Source: Gammaproteobacteria bacterium (GTDB lineage: Bacteria > Pseudomonadota > Gammaproteobacteria > Steroidobacterales > Woeseiaceae). From it: DNA of 64,000 nt. The stretch lies in the NCBI GenBank assembly GCA_018699395.1, contig JABIQN010000001.1, positions 3,678-67,677 of the forward strand, written 5' to 3'. Made by a program: the position numbers and the translations under genes. The notes below the pieces were generated by a model that had not been told where the DNA came from, did no database searches, and saw only the letters and a program-made list of their open reading frames with translations. This document shows, piece after piece, positions 8,700 through 18,973 of this stretch (positions are counted from its first letter, which is position 1; each line of letters starts with the position of its first letter).

Positions 8700-10211
8700 A
8701 TGACCGCTAATACTGGACTCGTAAAAATTATCCTACTCGGCATTCTGCTTGCCGTATCGGGCAGTGGGCTCACTCAGGACGAACTGAGAGATACCTTCCT
8801 CAAGGAAGCGGATGCTGCGAAAGCAGCGGCCGAAGCTGTCAATGCGAAATTATTCGCGCCGAAGGGCTTCCAAAGCGGAATGAAAGAATATGATGACGCT
8901 GAAGATCTATTGAAGCGCGGCCGAAACATTAATTACGTACGCTCAACTACAGCGGACGCAGTTAAGCATTTCAAGGCCGCTGCCAGAACAGCCGAATTTG
9001 CACAAACCACGCTGGCACAAGCAGTCAAGAGTCGCCAAGATGGCGCCAATGCCGAGGCCCCAAAACGATCGCCCGAACTATGGAGCAATGCGCAACAAAA
9101 ATTCATCCGCGCAGTTCAACTACTAGAACGCGGTGACCTCAAGAATGCTAAGCGACTTGAGGACGAAGCTATTAATTTGTATCGCGAAGCAGAACTTACC
9201 GCGATCAAAGAACAATATCTCAGCGAAACCCGGCGACTTCTAAGTGACGCTGACAGGGCTCGCATTGGCCGGTATGCACCGATCACACTAGGAAAGGCGA
9301 AGCACCTGATCGCAGAAGCTGAGCGCAAACTCAATGAAAATCGCTACGATATCGATCGGTCAAAGAGTCTCGCCACACGCGCAAACGACGAGGTCGAGCA
9401 TGCCTTATACCTGTCCGAAATTATCCGCCAGGTGCGAGACAAAGATCTCACGGTAGAGCAGTTGCTTCTAGACTGGGAGCAAAATATACAGACGCTCTCC
9501 GGTGTTGCAGGCATCGTACCGAACATGCAGGAAAAACATAGTCAACTGGTCGCCAAGCTGAGTGTCCACTTTAAATCGCAGGGCAATGAACTGCGGGCAG
9601 TGCAGCAGGAACTGCGGGCAGTGCAGCAGGAACTGCGGGCAGTGCAGCAGGAAAAGGCTGAGAACAAAGTACGCATGGCCGATATAGATGAAGAGTTACG
9701 TACTCTCGATGAGCGGCTGAGGGATGCTATGGCAGAGCGCGCCACGCTGATTCAGCGTCTTGAGGCTCAGGCTCGTGTAAAAGAACAATTTGAGCAAGTC
9801 GAGAAAATGTTCTCACCTCACGAAGCTCGTGTTTTCCGCGAAGCAGATACCATCATCTTGCGGCTCTTCGGTTTGAGCTTCGACAGTGGCGCATCACAAA
9901 TTAAGCCAGAGAATTTTGAGCTGCTTGCTAAGGTTGAGAAAGCTATTGATGTATTTCCCCGAAGTGAGCTCATCATCAACGGCCACACAGATTCTCAGGG
10001 CAGCGATAATCAGAACCAAAAGATTTCGCAAGAACGAGCAGAGTCTGTGCAGCAATACATAATTAATGTAATGCGGATTCCAATGTATCGACTTATCGCA
10101 TCGGGCTACGGCGAAACACGACCAGTATCAAGCAATGAGACCGAAGCTGGACGGGCGCGTAACCGACGGATTGATGTTGTAATTAGGCCCAACATTGACG
10201 TCATCGAATAG
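8700..10211 (+). CDS. OmpA-family protein with long N-terminal coiled coil
   Basis: Signal peptide, about 370 aa of helical coiled-coil-like sequence, and a C-terminal OmpA/MotB peptidoglycan-binding domain (NGHTDSQGSD...GYGETRPV...RARNRRIDV). Confidence 0.8.
   Translation: MTANTGLVKIILLGILLAVSGSGLTQDELRDTFLKEADAAKAAAEAVNAKLFAPKGFQSGMKEYDDAEDLLKRGRNINYVRSTTADAVKHFKAAARTAEFAQTTLAQAVKSRQDGANAEAPKRSPELWSNAQQKFIRAVQLLERGDLKNAKRLEDEAINLYREAELTAIKEQYLSETRRLLSDADRARIGRYAPITLGKAKHLIAEAERKLNENRYDIDRSKSLATRANDEVEHALYLSEIIRQVRDKDLTVEQLLLDWEQNIQTLSGVAGIVPNMQEKHSQLVAKLSVHFKSQGNELRAVQQELRAVQQELRAVQQEKAENKVRMADIDEELRTLDERLRDAMAERATLIQRLEAQARVKEQFEQVEKMFSPHEARVFREADTIILRLFGLSFDSGASQIKPENFELLAKVEKAIDVFPRSELIINGHTDSQGSDNQNQKISQERAESVQQYIINVMRIPMYRLIASGYGETRPVSSNETEAGRARNRRIDVVIRPNIDVIE
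9588..9650. repeat. 21-bp perfect tandem repeat x3 (gaactgcgggcagtgcagcag)
   Basis: Units at 9588-9608, 9609-9629 and 9630-9650 are identical. They encode ELRAVQQ x3 inside the OmpA-family coiled coil. Confidence 0.95.
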
Positions 10212-10265
10212 TTAAATCTGAATTATGATCACACCACCATTTCGCGTAAGTGGCCGCCATACAGT

Positions 10266-11006
10266 CTAATTCTCACCTAACAATCCGGGGAGCTCACCAA
10301 CATGGGTAACCTCTATATCCGGCAAGTCGAACTCATCAGGCCAGACGCTCTTATTTCGATTAACCCATACTGTACGTAACCCAGCATTGCGTGCGCCATC
10401 TACGTCAAGCCTCGGGTGATCTCCAACATGCAGAGTTTCTTTAGCCTTGGCCCCTCCGAGCCTCACTGCCATTTCGAAAACTTGCGGTGACGGCTTTGCC
10501 GCACCTGCTTTTATGGCTGTGACCACTTCGTCAAATAGATGATCTATTCCGATAGCGGTAAGATTCGCGTTTCCATTGGTCACTGCAATTACTATGAACC
10601 GCTTTTTCAAGGCTTCGAGCGCCGGTATGACCCCAGGAAAGATATCGACGTCATTTCTAACTTCATCAAAAATTCGAAAGGCTTCATTAATGAACTCGGT
10701 GCCATAGCCAGCCGCCGTCCCAACTCGGCTGAGAACTGTCCTTCTGAGGAAAGTCAGGTCATGCGCACTGCCCGAGAACTCGGCCGCGACTTGCGACCTC
10801 ACCTCGCGAATATCGGCCGGCTCATATAATTCTGTAATATTCGGATAGAACTCTCCGAGCCACTCGTAAAGACGCGCCTCAGCGCGCCTGATAACCGGGT
10901 GAATTGCCCAGAGTGTGTCGTCAAGGTCGAGTGTAATGGTGCGAATGTCGTTCACTGTTGCCGCCGAAGCCTGTATCAGGGACCATTGTGAATTCAATCC
11001 CTGCAC
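10266..11006 (-). CDS. HAD-superfamily hydrolase
   Basis: DxDxT motif in TLDLDDTLW, VTNGN motif II and a GDH..D motif IV region. Confidence 0.7.
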   Translation of the reverse strand: MQGLNSQWSLIQASAATVNDIRTITLDLDDTLWAIHPVIRRAEARLYEWLGEFYPNITELYEPADIREVRSQVAAEFSGSAHDLTFLRRTVLSRVGTAAGYGTEFINEAFRIFDEVRNDVDIFPGVIPALEALKKRFIVIAVTNGNANLTAIGIDHLFDEVVTAIKAGAAKPSPQVFEMAVRLGGAKAKETLHVGDHPRLDVDGARNAGLRTVWVNRNKSVWPDEFDLPDIEVTHVGELPGLLGEN

Positions 11007-11042
11007 TAGTCCATCGGGACTGGTCCAAAGCGGAGCTCAAAA

Positions 11043-11462
11043 ATGAAATATCTTCATACAATGGTGCGAGTTGCCAATATTGATGCATCAATCGATTTTT
11101 ACTGCGACAACCTTGGACTCATAGAGCTGAAGCGTTACGAAAGCGAAAAAGGTCGATTCACGCTTGTCTTCCTCGCAGCGCCAGATGATGAAGAGGCGCA
11201 GGTAGAGTTAACTCATAATTGGGATCCAGAAGAATACGACGAAGGCCGTAATTTTGGCCATCTTGCGTATCAGGTCGATAATATCTACGAAACCTGCCAG
11301 AAGCTCATGGACGCAGGCGTGACCATCAATCGTCCACCGCGAGATGGGCACATGGCGTTTGTTAGATCGCCGGACAACATCTCTATCGAGTTACTGCAAA
11401 GAGGCGACTCATTACCGCAAGAGGAACCTTGGGCGTCAATGAAAAGTGAAGGACACTGGTAG
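11043..11462 (+). CDS. gloA: Lactoylglutathione lyase (glyoxalase I)
   Basis: LHTMVRVANIDASIDFY, ELTHNWD, FGHLAY and ISIELLQ are colinear with GloA. Confidence 0.88.
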   Translation: MKYLHTMVRVANIDASIDFYCDNLGLIELKRYESEKGRFTLVFLAAPDDEEAQVELTHNWDPEEYDEGRNFGHLAYQVDNIYETCQKLMDAGVTINRPPRDGHMAFVRSPDNISIELLQRGDSLPQEEPWASMKSEGHW

Positions 11463-11561
11463 TAGCCAGCGATAGGATTCGACCTTTACCCGAGAAAAAC
11501 CAATCGCGATGATCGATGCGGCTATCGCCGCAGAAAACGTTGGGAACGAAGACTAGCTAGG

Positions 11562-13247
11562 TCAGGTACCCGGCGGCATCAGGGGTGGTAACGGACTTTG
11601 CGTTGCCACCTCGCTATCCTCTATTAACACACTGATTGAGCGAATAGCGGTAGCCATTCCGCTGCCATCCCACTCACCTGGGGTACTGCTGTAACTGCTG
11701 GCCGACAAAACACTCAGTTCTTCAGACAAAGGTGAGGTAACCCGCTTCGCGAGCTCACTAACACTCCTCGGTGAGTTTTCGGGCCACTGCAATACTGCCC
11801 ATTCAATCAGAGCTGCACGAACAGCAGTCTTGTCGCCGGCGTTGGCAGCCTTCTTCGCCGCTTTGACGAATTTCGCCTGTTGCTTGTAAATCGGTGGCGG
11901 CTCTGGTGCTTTTGGCTCTCGTTGCCGGTCACGGCTTGACCACCACCATACGAATATCGTTAACAGCCATACACCGCCAAGTAGCTGGCTCAGCAGTTTC
12001 CAGAATTCGTCTTCGACGAGCTTGACAGGATTCGCGTCTCCAGTCGCGGCATCCAAAGCTCCGGATTGTATCGCTGGCGGCAATACTGACTCAGCGACCG
12101 GTGCATCAATGGTGAATGTCTTCGAGGGCAAGGTCGCAACCCGCCATTCGCCTGCCTCGATGTCCCACCAAGGCACTTCGAGCTTCGGAATTTTCACTAC
12201 TCCACCGCGCACACCAATCATCGCGTACTGATCACGACGAACACCTCGAATACCCTCGGCCTCGAACTGACGAGAGAAGTCGGGCTTATCAGCATAGACA
12301 TTCATACCCTCTACATCAGGCGGCGACAAAACTGGGATTTGTGTCTCAATCTGGCTAAGCGCGCTTACCGTGACTTTTCGGGTAACCAGTTCACCTGCTG
12401 AAACTTCATTGAGTTCTCTCGACCACTCTTCACTGAGCTGGACGTCTCGCGCAGGAAGCCAACTGGCGTTCGGAAAATCGGTCGGTGGCGCAGGGATTGG
12501 CAAGATCTTGATCGCATGCGCATCTGATTCAAATACCTTGCGCCCGGTAATGCGTCCGTCGCGCAATATTCGTGCTTCAAAGCGAGCTGGCGAGATTTCG
12601 ATCTCACCGCTGGACTGAGGATAAATTGCCAGGACGCGTTCTATGACATTGTACGCTCGACCATTCAAGAGAGCCTCGTAACTGCGCTCTTCACCAGCAC
12701 GCTCGATCAAGACTTCGGCACCGCTTATGACTGGATCGCGATAATTCTGCTGACGCGTCGCGACGGCACGGTAGACTTTGAATCGATAAAGAATCTGTGA
12801 CTGCACGTATGCTTCAGTCTGATCAACTTCGCTGATGATAAAGACGTCCGCCTCTCCCGGAGGCGCGTTGGCCGGCTCATTGACCATGATAGAGATGGGC
12901 TTACTGCTTTCACTGCCGACTGAAACCGCGGGAATGTCCTGCTGGCCCGCCACCCTGGCCATCAACGCGACGGTCCAGATACGACTACGACTAATCTGGC
13001 CATTAATAATTGACGTGTTGGTGAGCTGACTCAACTGGCCTCGGTAGAAATTCTCGTCGAGTACGGACAGATTAGGCTCCGCATCGCTATTGGCGTTCAC
13101 TGTGATCTCGAAGACAAACGACTCGTTAAGGTCAACTGAATTCCGGTCGACGCTCGCGGTGACATCGGCGAACGCATTTACAATCAATGCGAGCAGTCCG
13201 ACTGAACTCAACAATGTAATGCGGATGGCTTTGCCACTAGTTACCAT
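11562..13247 (-). CDS. batD: BatD-family protein (last gene of MoxR/Bat operon)
   Basis: Signal peptide, a large beta-rich periplasmic part and a single late TM (LLGGVWLLTIFVWWW). It sits as the terminal gene after the VWA proteins, with a 7-nt overlap with the upstream gene. Confidence 0.7.
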   Translation of the reverse strand: MVTSGKAIRITLLSSVGLLALIVNAFADVTASVDRNSVDLNESFVFEITVNANSDAEPNLSVLDENFYRGQLSQLTNTSIINGQISRSRIWTVALMARVAGQQDIPAVSVGSESSKPISIMVNEPANAPPGEADVFIISEVDQTEAYVQSQILYRFKVYRAVATRQQNYRDPVISGAEVLIERAGEERSYEALLNGRAYNVIERVLAIYPQSSGEIEISPARFEARILRDGRITGRKVFESDAHAIKILPIPAPPTDFPNASWLPARDVQLSEEWSRELNEVSAGELVTRKVTVSALSQIETQIPVLSPPDVEGMNVYADKPDFSRQFEAEGIRGVRRDQYAMIGVRGGVVKIPKLEVPWWDIEAGEWRVATLPSKTFTIDAPVAESVLPPAIQSGALDAATGDANPVKLVEDEFWKLLSQLLGGVWLLTIFVWWWSSRDRQREPKAPEPPPIYKQQAKFVKAAKKAANAGDKTAVRAALIEWAVLQWPENSPRSVSELAKRVTSPLSEELSVLSASSYSSTPGEWDGSGMATAIRSISVLIEDSEVATQSPLPPLMPPGT

Positions 13248-15046
13248 GGTTGCACCTCGTTATCTGGCCACACACTATTTCCGTCCTGATCTTTACCGGA
13301 GCGCTGGTATTGATGTCTAAATTTCCTGCGTAGCAAACCACCCGGGTCATCCGGAATTCGACGCAGCCATTGCTCCATCGCTTGCTCCTGCTCTTGTTGC
13401 TGCCGCAGTTCTGCGAGTTCGACTTCAGACATCTGCTGCGGTTGCTCATCGGGGTTCGCCTCCTCGGCAGCGCGCTGCAACTCTTCCTGCAAGGCCTTCA
13501 TATCCTCTTCGGATATTTCTTCGTCGCCGCTTTCCGATGAGTCGCCTTTTTGTGACTCGCTATCACTTTCTGATTCGCCTTCTTGGTCCTGCTCTACTGA
13601 CTGCTCTTCAGAGTCCGGTTTCTCGCCCTCTTCACCCGGGTTTGCCACAGACTCCTGATCCTCGCCCTGATTCTGCTGCTCTTGCTGCTCCTTCTTCTTC
13701 GTTACAAGATCGAGATTATAAGTAGCGTCTTCGTGATTCGGTTTTTTCTCTAACACCTGCTCATAAGCGTCAATTGCCGCATCAAAGTCACCCTGAAATG
13801 CCATCGCGTTACCGAGATTGTAGAGGTTTCGAGTATCGTTTTTCTCTGAAAAAACAGAAGCACTGCCCGCGTAGTCACCGGCCTCGTAGTCCGCTACCGC
13901 TTGCCAATCGCGGTTCTTGAACAGAGCCGCTGCATCCTTCGCGTTACCGGCTTCGAGCTCCCTTCCGGCCTGCTGATCCTTATTCAACCATAAGTCGCTC
14001 CACGTAGCTGCATAGGCGGTCTGCGGTAGTGGCACGATGAAAAATATCAGCACGATCACCCAGCCGCGACGAAATCCCAATGCGGCCAACGGAAGCAGAA
14101 ACAACAATAGCCATGGGCCTTCCTCGCGCCAACGATCGGTAGCCAAAGCGTCATCGCCGATGACAGCATCGCCTAATATTTCTCTAGATAACAACTGCTC
14201 TAAGTCTCTACCATCATCGGAAATTCTAGCGTAGCGACCACCCCCGATACTGGCAAGCGTTCGCAAGCCGCGCTCCTCCAGTTTCGGCACAGCTATCTCT
14301 CCACGGTTGTCAGTCACGAATCCTCCCGCCACACGTGGAATGGGTGCTCCCTCAGTTGTTCCGACACCCAGAATGGACAAGGTATATCCCGCTGCTTTTA
14401 GATCACGCGCCGCGACGGACGCAGCTGGTGACGAGCCGCCATCTGTTATCAACATTACCCTGCCAAAACCGACCTTCGCCTGTTCAAATAGCTGCCTGCT
14501 CTTAGCGATCGCGACTTCTGGATAGCTGCCGCGGCTCGGCATGATGTCGGTACCCAGACTGTTCACAAGCAATGCAATAGTGTCTGTATCCGTGGTCAGG
14601 GGCGCTACGGTAAAAGCATTGGCTGAGTAAACGATCAGGGCAGTTTGGCCGCTTTCCCGTCGCTCCAGCATGTCTAGAATTTTGAGTTTGGCTCTCCGAA
14701 GTCGACTCGGTGTAATATCCTGCGCATCCATTGATCGGGATAAATCCAATGCGACTACCAATGCCTGATCTGCTCTGAATACGGGTTGTTCGACTCGCTG
14801 CCATGCTGGTCCCGCGAGTGCGACAACGGCGACGACACCAGCGAGGGCCATCAACCACCATCGATAATCTTTACCACGACCGGGATCACGGGATAAAACA
14901 TACGGCATCAACTCACGATCGATAACGAAACTCCAGTTACCCGACTCGAGTTTGCCGCGGGCCAACAGATAGACCAACAGAATGATCACGGGAATCGCAA
15001 ATAGCCACTCAGGACGCAGCCAGTGAAAATTAGCCAGCACTTGCAC
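13241..15046 (-). CDS. batB: Fused BatB-BatC-like protein: TM + VWA domain + TPR + acidic tail
   Basis: MIDAS motif DLSRSM in a VWA domain, a second TM, TPR-like repeats (GNAMAFQGDFDAAIDAYEQVLEKKPNHEDATYNL) and a roughly 120-aa Glu/Asp/Gln/Ser-rich tail. Confidence 0.75.
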   Translation of the reverse strand: MQVLANFHWLRPEWLFAIPVIILLVYLLARGKLESGNWSFVIDRELMPYVLSRDPGRGKDYRWWLMALAGVVAVVALAGPAWQRVEQPVFRADQALVVALDLSRSMDAQDITPSRLRRAKLKILDMLERRESGQTALIVYSANAFTVAPLTTDTDTIALLVNSLGTDIMPSRGSYPEVAIAKSRQLFEQAKVGFGRVMLITDGGSSPAASVAARDLKAAGYTLSILGVGTTEGAPIPRVAGGFVTDNRGEIAVPKLEERGLRTLASIGGGRYARISDDGRDLEQLLSREILGDAVIGDDALATDRWREEGPWLLLFLLPLAALGFRRGWVIVLIFFIVPLPQTAYAATWSDLWLNKDQQAGRELEAGNAKDAAALFKNRDWQAVADYEAGDYAGSASVFSEKNDTRNLYNLGNAMAFQGDFDAAIDAYEQVLEKKPNHEDATYNLDLVTKKKEQQEQQNQGEDQESVANPGEEGEKPDSEEQSVEQDQEGESESDSESQKGDSSESGDEEISEEDMKALQEELQRAAEEANPDEQPQQMSEVELAELRQQQEQEQAMEQWLRRIPDDPGGLLRRKFRHQYQRSGKDQDGNSVWPDNEVQPW

Positions 15047-16060
15047 TTACCTCGCTCGCCTCAATGCAACTCGCTCGATAAGACTGACAAGACTCATTAA
15101 TGCCACCAGCAAGACAGCCAAGCCTAGCGGATAGTAGAAATAAGGCTGCACCGGCCGAAAACCGGACTCCGGCTCCTCGACAGGCTCAAGCTCGTCAATC
15201 AGTTTGTAGATATCCTGTAAGCTCGCTGTATCAGTCGCACGAAAGTATCGGCCGCCCGTAAGGCTTGCAATTTTTGTCAGTGTATTTTCGTCGAGGTCAG
15301 TGGAAGGGTTAATTAGGCGTCGACCGCCGAACAATGAGGACACTTTAAGTTGCTCGGCGCCAATACCGATTGTGTAAATCCTCAAACCAACCTGTTGGGC
15401 AAGCTCAGCTGCTTTGACAGGCTGGACCTCGCCCGCGGTGTTCGCGCCATCAGTGAGAAGCACCAAGACCTGATCGCCCTCACTATCATCTTGTTCATAC
15501 ACTCTGCGTACGGCCAGTGTAATCGCATCACCGATTGCCGTTTTTTCTCCTGCAAGGCCAATGAACGCTTCCATCAATAAAATATTCACGGTCTCTCGAT
15601 CCAAAGTCAGCGGCACTTGCAGGTATGCCCGCTCGCCAAACAGTATGAGGCCGATTCGATCGCCTTCACGGCGCTCGATGAAGTCGCTCGCAACCGCTTT
15701 CGTCGCCGTCAGTCGGTCAACACGCCGACCGGCCAGTTCGAAATCCTTTTGATCCATGCTGCCAGAAAGATCAACGGCCACCATCAGGTTGCGACCCGCG
15801 ACTGAAACATCCAGCTCTTCTCCGATTCGTTCTGGTCGTGCAGCCGCGAACACCAAGAGAACCCAGGCGATCACAGCGATCCAGAATCGCCATTTGTGAA
15901 GCTGCTCTTTTCCGGAGCGATCTTTCAATGTCGAAAAGCTGTCAATACTCGGTACGCGAAGCCCCGCCTCAGACAGACCAGTAGCCTCAGACACCAGACG
16001 ACGAAGAATGATCGGCAATGGCAACACCATCAAAACTAAGGGCCAGGCAAGAGACCACAT
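15047..16060 (-). CDS. batA: BatA-like VWA-domain membrane protein
   Basis: Two N-terminal TMs, VWA MIDAS motif VDLSGSMD and a C-terminal TM. It abuts the neighbouring genes with a 0 or 1 nt gap. Confidence 0.8.
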   Translation of the reverse strand: MWSLAWPLVLMVLPLPIILRRLVSEATGLSEAGLRVPSIDSFSTLKDRSGKEQLHKWRFWIAVIAWVLLVFAAARPERIGEELDVSVAGRNLMVAVDLSGSMDQKDFELAGRRVDRLTATKAVASDFIERREGDRIGLILFGERAYLQVPLTLDRETVNILLMEAFIGLAGEKTAIGDAITLAVRRVYEQDDSEGDQVLVLLTDGANTAGEVQPVKAAELAQQVGLRIYTIGIGAEQLKVSSLFGGRRLINPSTDLDENTLTKIASLTGGRYFRATDTASLQDIYKLIDELEPVEEPESGFRPVQPYFYYPLGLAVLLVALMSLVSLIERVALRRAR

Positions 16061-16551
16061 TAGACCGCACTCCCTACCGGCGTCACCAGACGCATTCGAA
16101 CAGCCGCTAACAATGCATTAACATCGACATCACTGAAATCCCCATTCGGGTCTCGGTACGGCAACTGCAGCAAGCTCTTGCCGCCTTCAGTATGAAAATA
16201 CGGAACCGGTAAATCACGATCTAACCACTCCAGCCAGGCATCACCGGTAAGGCCTGCCACTTCGTGGCGTGGCGCATACGCGAGCATGCTGCGGCGCAAT
16301 AATTCGGAAAGTTGCCTGCCTAGCATCAACGGATCCCGGCGCGTTAAATAGTCCGACTCAACTTCGGCCAAAGTACGCATGGCATATCTCTGCGGTGCGA
16401 GAAATTGATACTTCCGCCATGCGCGGAGCACGAGCCAGCCGATGCCTGCGAGCAGCAACGCGATCACGAACCACCATCCGGGCGCTAAGGGCCACCAGCC
16501 GATTGGATCAGGTAGATGTAGCGGGCGCAGTGGAAGTTCGGTGGGATCCAT
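16060..16551 (-). CDS. DUF4381-domain membrane protein
   Basis: The Pro/Trp-rich N-terminus PIGWWPLAPGWW followed by a TM helix is typical of the DUF4381 member of MoxR/Bat operons. Confidence 0.7.
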   Translation of the reverse strand: MDPTELPLRPLHLPDPIGWWPLAPGWWFVIALLLAGIGWLVLRAWRKYQFLAPQRYAMRTLAEVESDYLTRRDPLMLGRQLSELLRRSMLAYAPRHEVAGLTGDAWLEWLDRDLPVPYFHTEGGKSLLQLPYRDPNGDFSDVDVNALLAAVRMRLVTPVGSAV

Positions 16552-16553
16552 AG

Positions 16554-17492
16554 CTAATGCGACCTTCGACCCAAAGCAGCTTGCAACGTTGCAACTGGAT
16601 CATCATTAGTGGACATCGGCATCAGGTGCACACCATAGCGATGACAGAAGGCTTCGAGATCATGCGATCGTTCAGCGAAATCACTTTCATAGTCGTGTCG
16701 TGCAGCCGCAGCGTAAGTGTCGATCGCCAATTCCTCCTCTGGCGATACGATGCGATAACGTCCGGGCGGCGGTAACTTTTTCTCCATCGGGTCATTCATA
16801 AATACAGCGAGGACTTCGTTATGACGCGCGACGCTGGACAGATACGATTGCGCAGCACGATTGAATCCGATGAAATCGCTGACAACAACAACAAGGCTCC
16901 CCGGTCTGGCAACTCTACGCAGCGCCGACAATGCCTGCGTCAACGGCTCTGAGCCTTCCGGGACACCCCGGTTCTGCCAGTCCTTGTGTGTGGCCAATTG
17001 GTGAACAAATCTAAGTGTCGCGCGGCGGCCCAAGCGTGGCTTGAGTTCGCAATGAGATGCGTCACCAAATATGAGGCCACCTAAGCGATCGCCACGATGG
17101 TGGGCGGCCCAGGCGATCAACGCCGCTGCACGCGCCGCATTGACTGACTTGAAACAACCGCGTGTCGCGAAATGCATATTGGATCGCAGATCCACCACAA
17201 CAAGAACCGGTCGTTCACGCTCCTCGCGAAAGAGCTTTGTATAAGCTGTCGTGCTGCGCGCTGTAACGCGCCAGTCGATACTGCGGGGATCATCGCCAGG
17301 CTGATAAGGGCGTGATTCGTCAAACTCCATGCCGCGCCCACGAAAGTGTGAAACGTAAGCGCCCGTTTGCAGGGCTTTCACGCGCAACACATCAAGTGCA
17401 ATTGCTCGAGCTGGGCCATTCAAACGAATCAGTTCTGCCTGGCTAACGCTGATTGGCGAAGCATCTGGAGGTAGGCGATCCAATAGAGACAC
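16554..17492 (-). CDS. DUF58-domain protein (VWA-like partner of MoxR)
   Basis: Has the YQPGDDPRSIDW signature of DUF58. Its start overlaps the moxR stop by 1 nt. Confidence 0.8.
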   Translation of the reverse strand: MSLLDRLPPDASPISVSQAELIRLNGPARAIALDVLRVKALQTGAYVSHFRGRGMEFDESRPYQPGDDPRSIDWRVTARSTTAYTKLFREERERPVLVVVDLRSNMHFATRGCFKSVNAARAAALIAWAAHHRGDRLGGLIFGDASHCELKPRLGRRATLRFVHQLATHKDWQNRGVPEGSEPLTQALSALRRVARPGSLVVVVSDFIGFNRAAQSYLSSVARHNEVLAVFMNDPMEKKLPPPGRYRIVSPEEELAIDTYAAAARHDYESDFAERSHDLEAFCHRYGVHLMPMSTNDDPVATLQAALGRRSH

Positions 17493-18460
17493 TAGGGAAC
17501 TCCGACGCCATCCAGAACGCCTGCAATAATGGAGTTCGAATTGACGCCATCTGCTTCAGCTTCGAAACTCAACACCAGTCGATGCCGGAGAACATCTGGT
17601 GCCACAGCCTGAATATCTTCGGGCCCTACAAAATCGCGGCCCGAGAGCCATGCGTGCGCTCTAGCCGCGCGATCGATACCCATGCTCGCGCGTGGGCTGG
17701 CACCATAGAGAACCTGTCCGTCCAAGTCGGCATTCACCGCGCCCGGATTTCGAGTCGCAACGACGACGTTGACAATGTATTCCTCGAGTTCGGGTGCAAG
17801 ATGCAGATTCAAAATATCTTGTCGCGCCTCCATGATCGACGACATGGCCAGTAATTCCGGCGGTTGGAACATATCGCGCTCTGCTTGTTTCGCCTCATTG
17901 CGGTTAAGTACTAAAATTCGTCGTTCATCTTCGATCGTGGGATATCCAACCTCAACATGCAGAAGGAATCGATCCAGCTGCGCTTCCGGTAATGGGTATG
18001 TGCCCTCTTGCTCAATTGGGTTTTGAGTCGCCATTACCATAAAAAGGTCTTCAAGCAGGTAACTCTTATCGCCGACCGAGATTTGTCGTTCTTCCATTGC
18101 CTCAAGTAATGCGGACTGAACTTTCGCCGGTGCGCGGTTAATCTCATCCGCGAGAATCAAGTTGTGGAATAGCGGCCCCTTACGAAATTCGAAGGTTCCT
18201 TCCTGCGGGCGATATATGTCGGTACCCGTCAAATCTGCTGGTAGTAAGTCGGGGGTAAACTGAAGTCGATGAAAATCGCCTTCGATACTTTCTGACAACA
18301 CCTTGATCGCTCGAGTCTTCGCCAGACCCGGCGCACCTTCGACCAGAAGGTGTCCATCACACAGCAACGCGATCAACATGCGATTGATCAGATGCGCCTG
18401 ACCGATGATCAGCCCGCTTGCGTGAGTTTCAAGTTTTTGAAATTGCTCTCTAACGCTCAT
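17492..18460 (-). CDS. moxR: MoxR-family AAA+ ATPase
   Basis: Walker A GAPGLAKT, Walker B ILADEINRA and the expected size of 322 aa. Confidence 0.9.
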   Translation of the reverse strand: MSVREQFQKLETHASGLIIGQAHLINRMLIALLCDGHLLVEGAPGLAKTRAIKVLSESIEGDFHRLQFTPDLLPADLTGTDIYRPQEGTFEFRKGPLFHNLILADEINRAPAKVQSALLEAMEERQISVGDKSYLLEDLFMVMATQNPIEQEGTYPLPEAQLDRFLLHVEVGYPTIEDERRILVLNRNEAKQAERDMFQPPELLAMSSIMEARQDILNLHLAPELEEYIVNVVVATRNPGAVNADLDGQVLYGASPRASMGIDRAARAHAWLSGRDFVGPEDIQAVAPDVLRHRLVLSFEAEADGVNSNSIIAGVLDGVGVP

Positions 18461-18624
18461 TAATTACTCCGAAGGATGCGGCGGCGTGCCATTCTAGAGA
18501 GGATGGCTAGTAAGACCAACTAGTCACATCATTTTTTAGTCAATTTTTTCGCCGAGTTAAGTATTATTAGCCTCAATTCCGACCACAAGATAGGTATTCC
18601 ATTGCGTCGAGCCGAAAAAAGCCC

Positions 18625-18954
18625 ATGTCTGCGCAAAAAACGTTATTCGTTGCGCTACTGTTGATTAGCCCACTGACCGCCTGCCAGCACGCGGCAACTG
18701 AAAATTCCACCCCATCGCCTGTGCAGGTCGAGTCCGGCTGCGGCGACGATGGCGCTTTCGAAGTAACGTTATTCGGAAGCATTGAGGCCGCCGTAACCTA
18801 TTTAGGCTCCGACATGATGTATGAAAGCATGCAACGACCGAATGACGAGGGCGGCAGATTGCGTTTTTCAGGCCTCGCTGGAGGTAAAGTAAATGGCATA
18901 CGGCTGTCTCGATACCTGAACTGTCATTCAGCAACTTTTAAGCTGGATCAATAG
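18625..18954 (+). CDS. Hypothetical lipoprotein
   Basis: Signal peptide MSAQKTLFVALLLISPLTAC with lipobox LTAC. I recognise no family. Confidence 0.5.
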   Translation: MSAQKTLFVALLLISPLTACQHAATENSTPSPVQVESGCGDDGAFEVTLFGSIEAAVTYLGSDMMYESMQRPNDEGGRLRFSGLAGGKVNGIRLSRYLNCHSATFKLDQ

Positions 18955-18973
18955 TTTTGGCAAAGGGGGAACC

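Noticed and set aside
4783-9650. Tandem repeats at 4783-4845 and 9588-9650 considered as possible CRISPR or mobile-element repeats.
   Set aside because: The units are 9 and 21 bp, directly abutting with no spacers. They are in frame within CDSs, and there are no cas genes.
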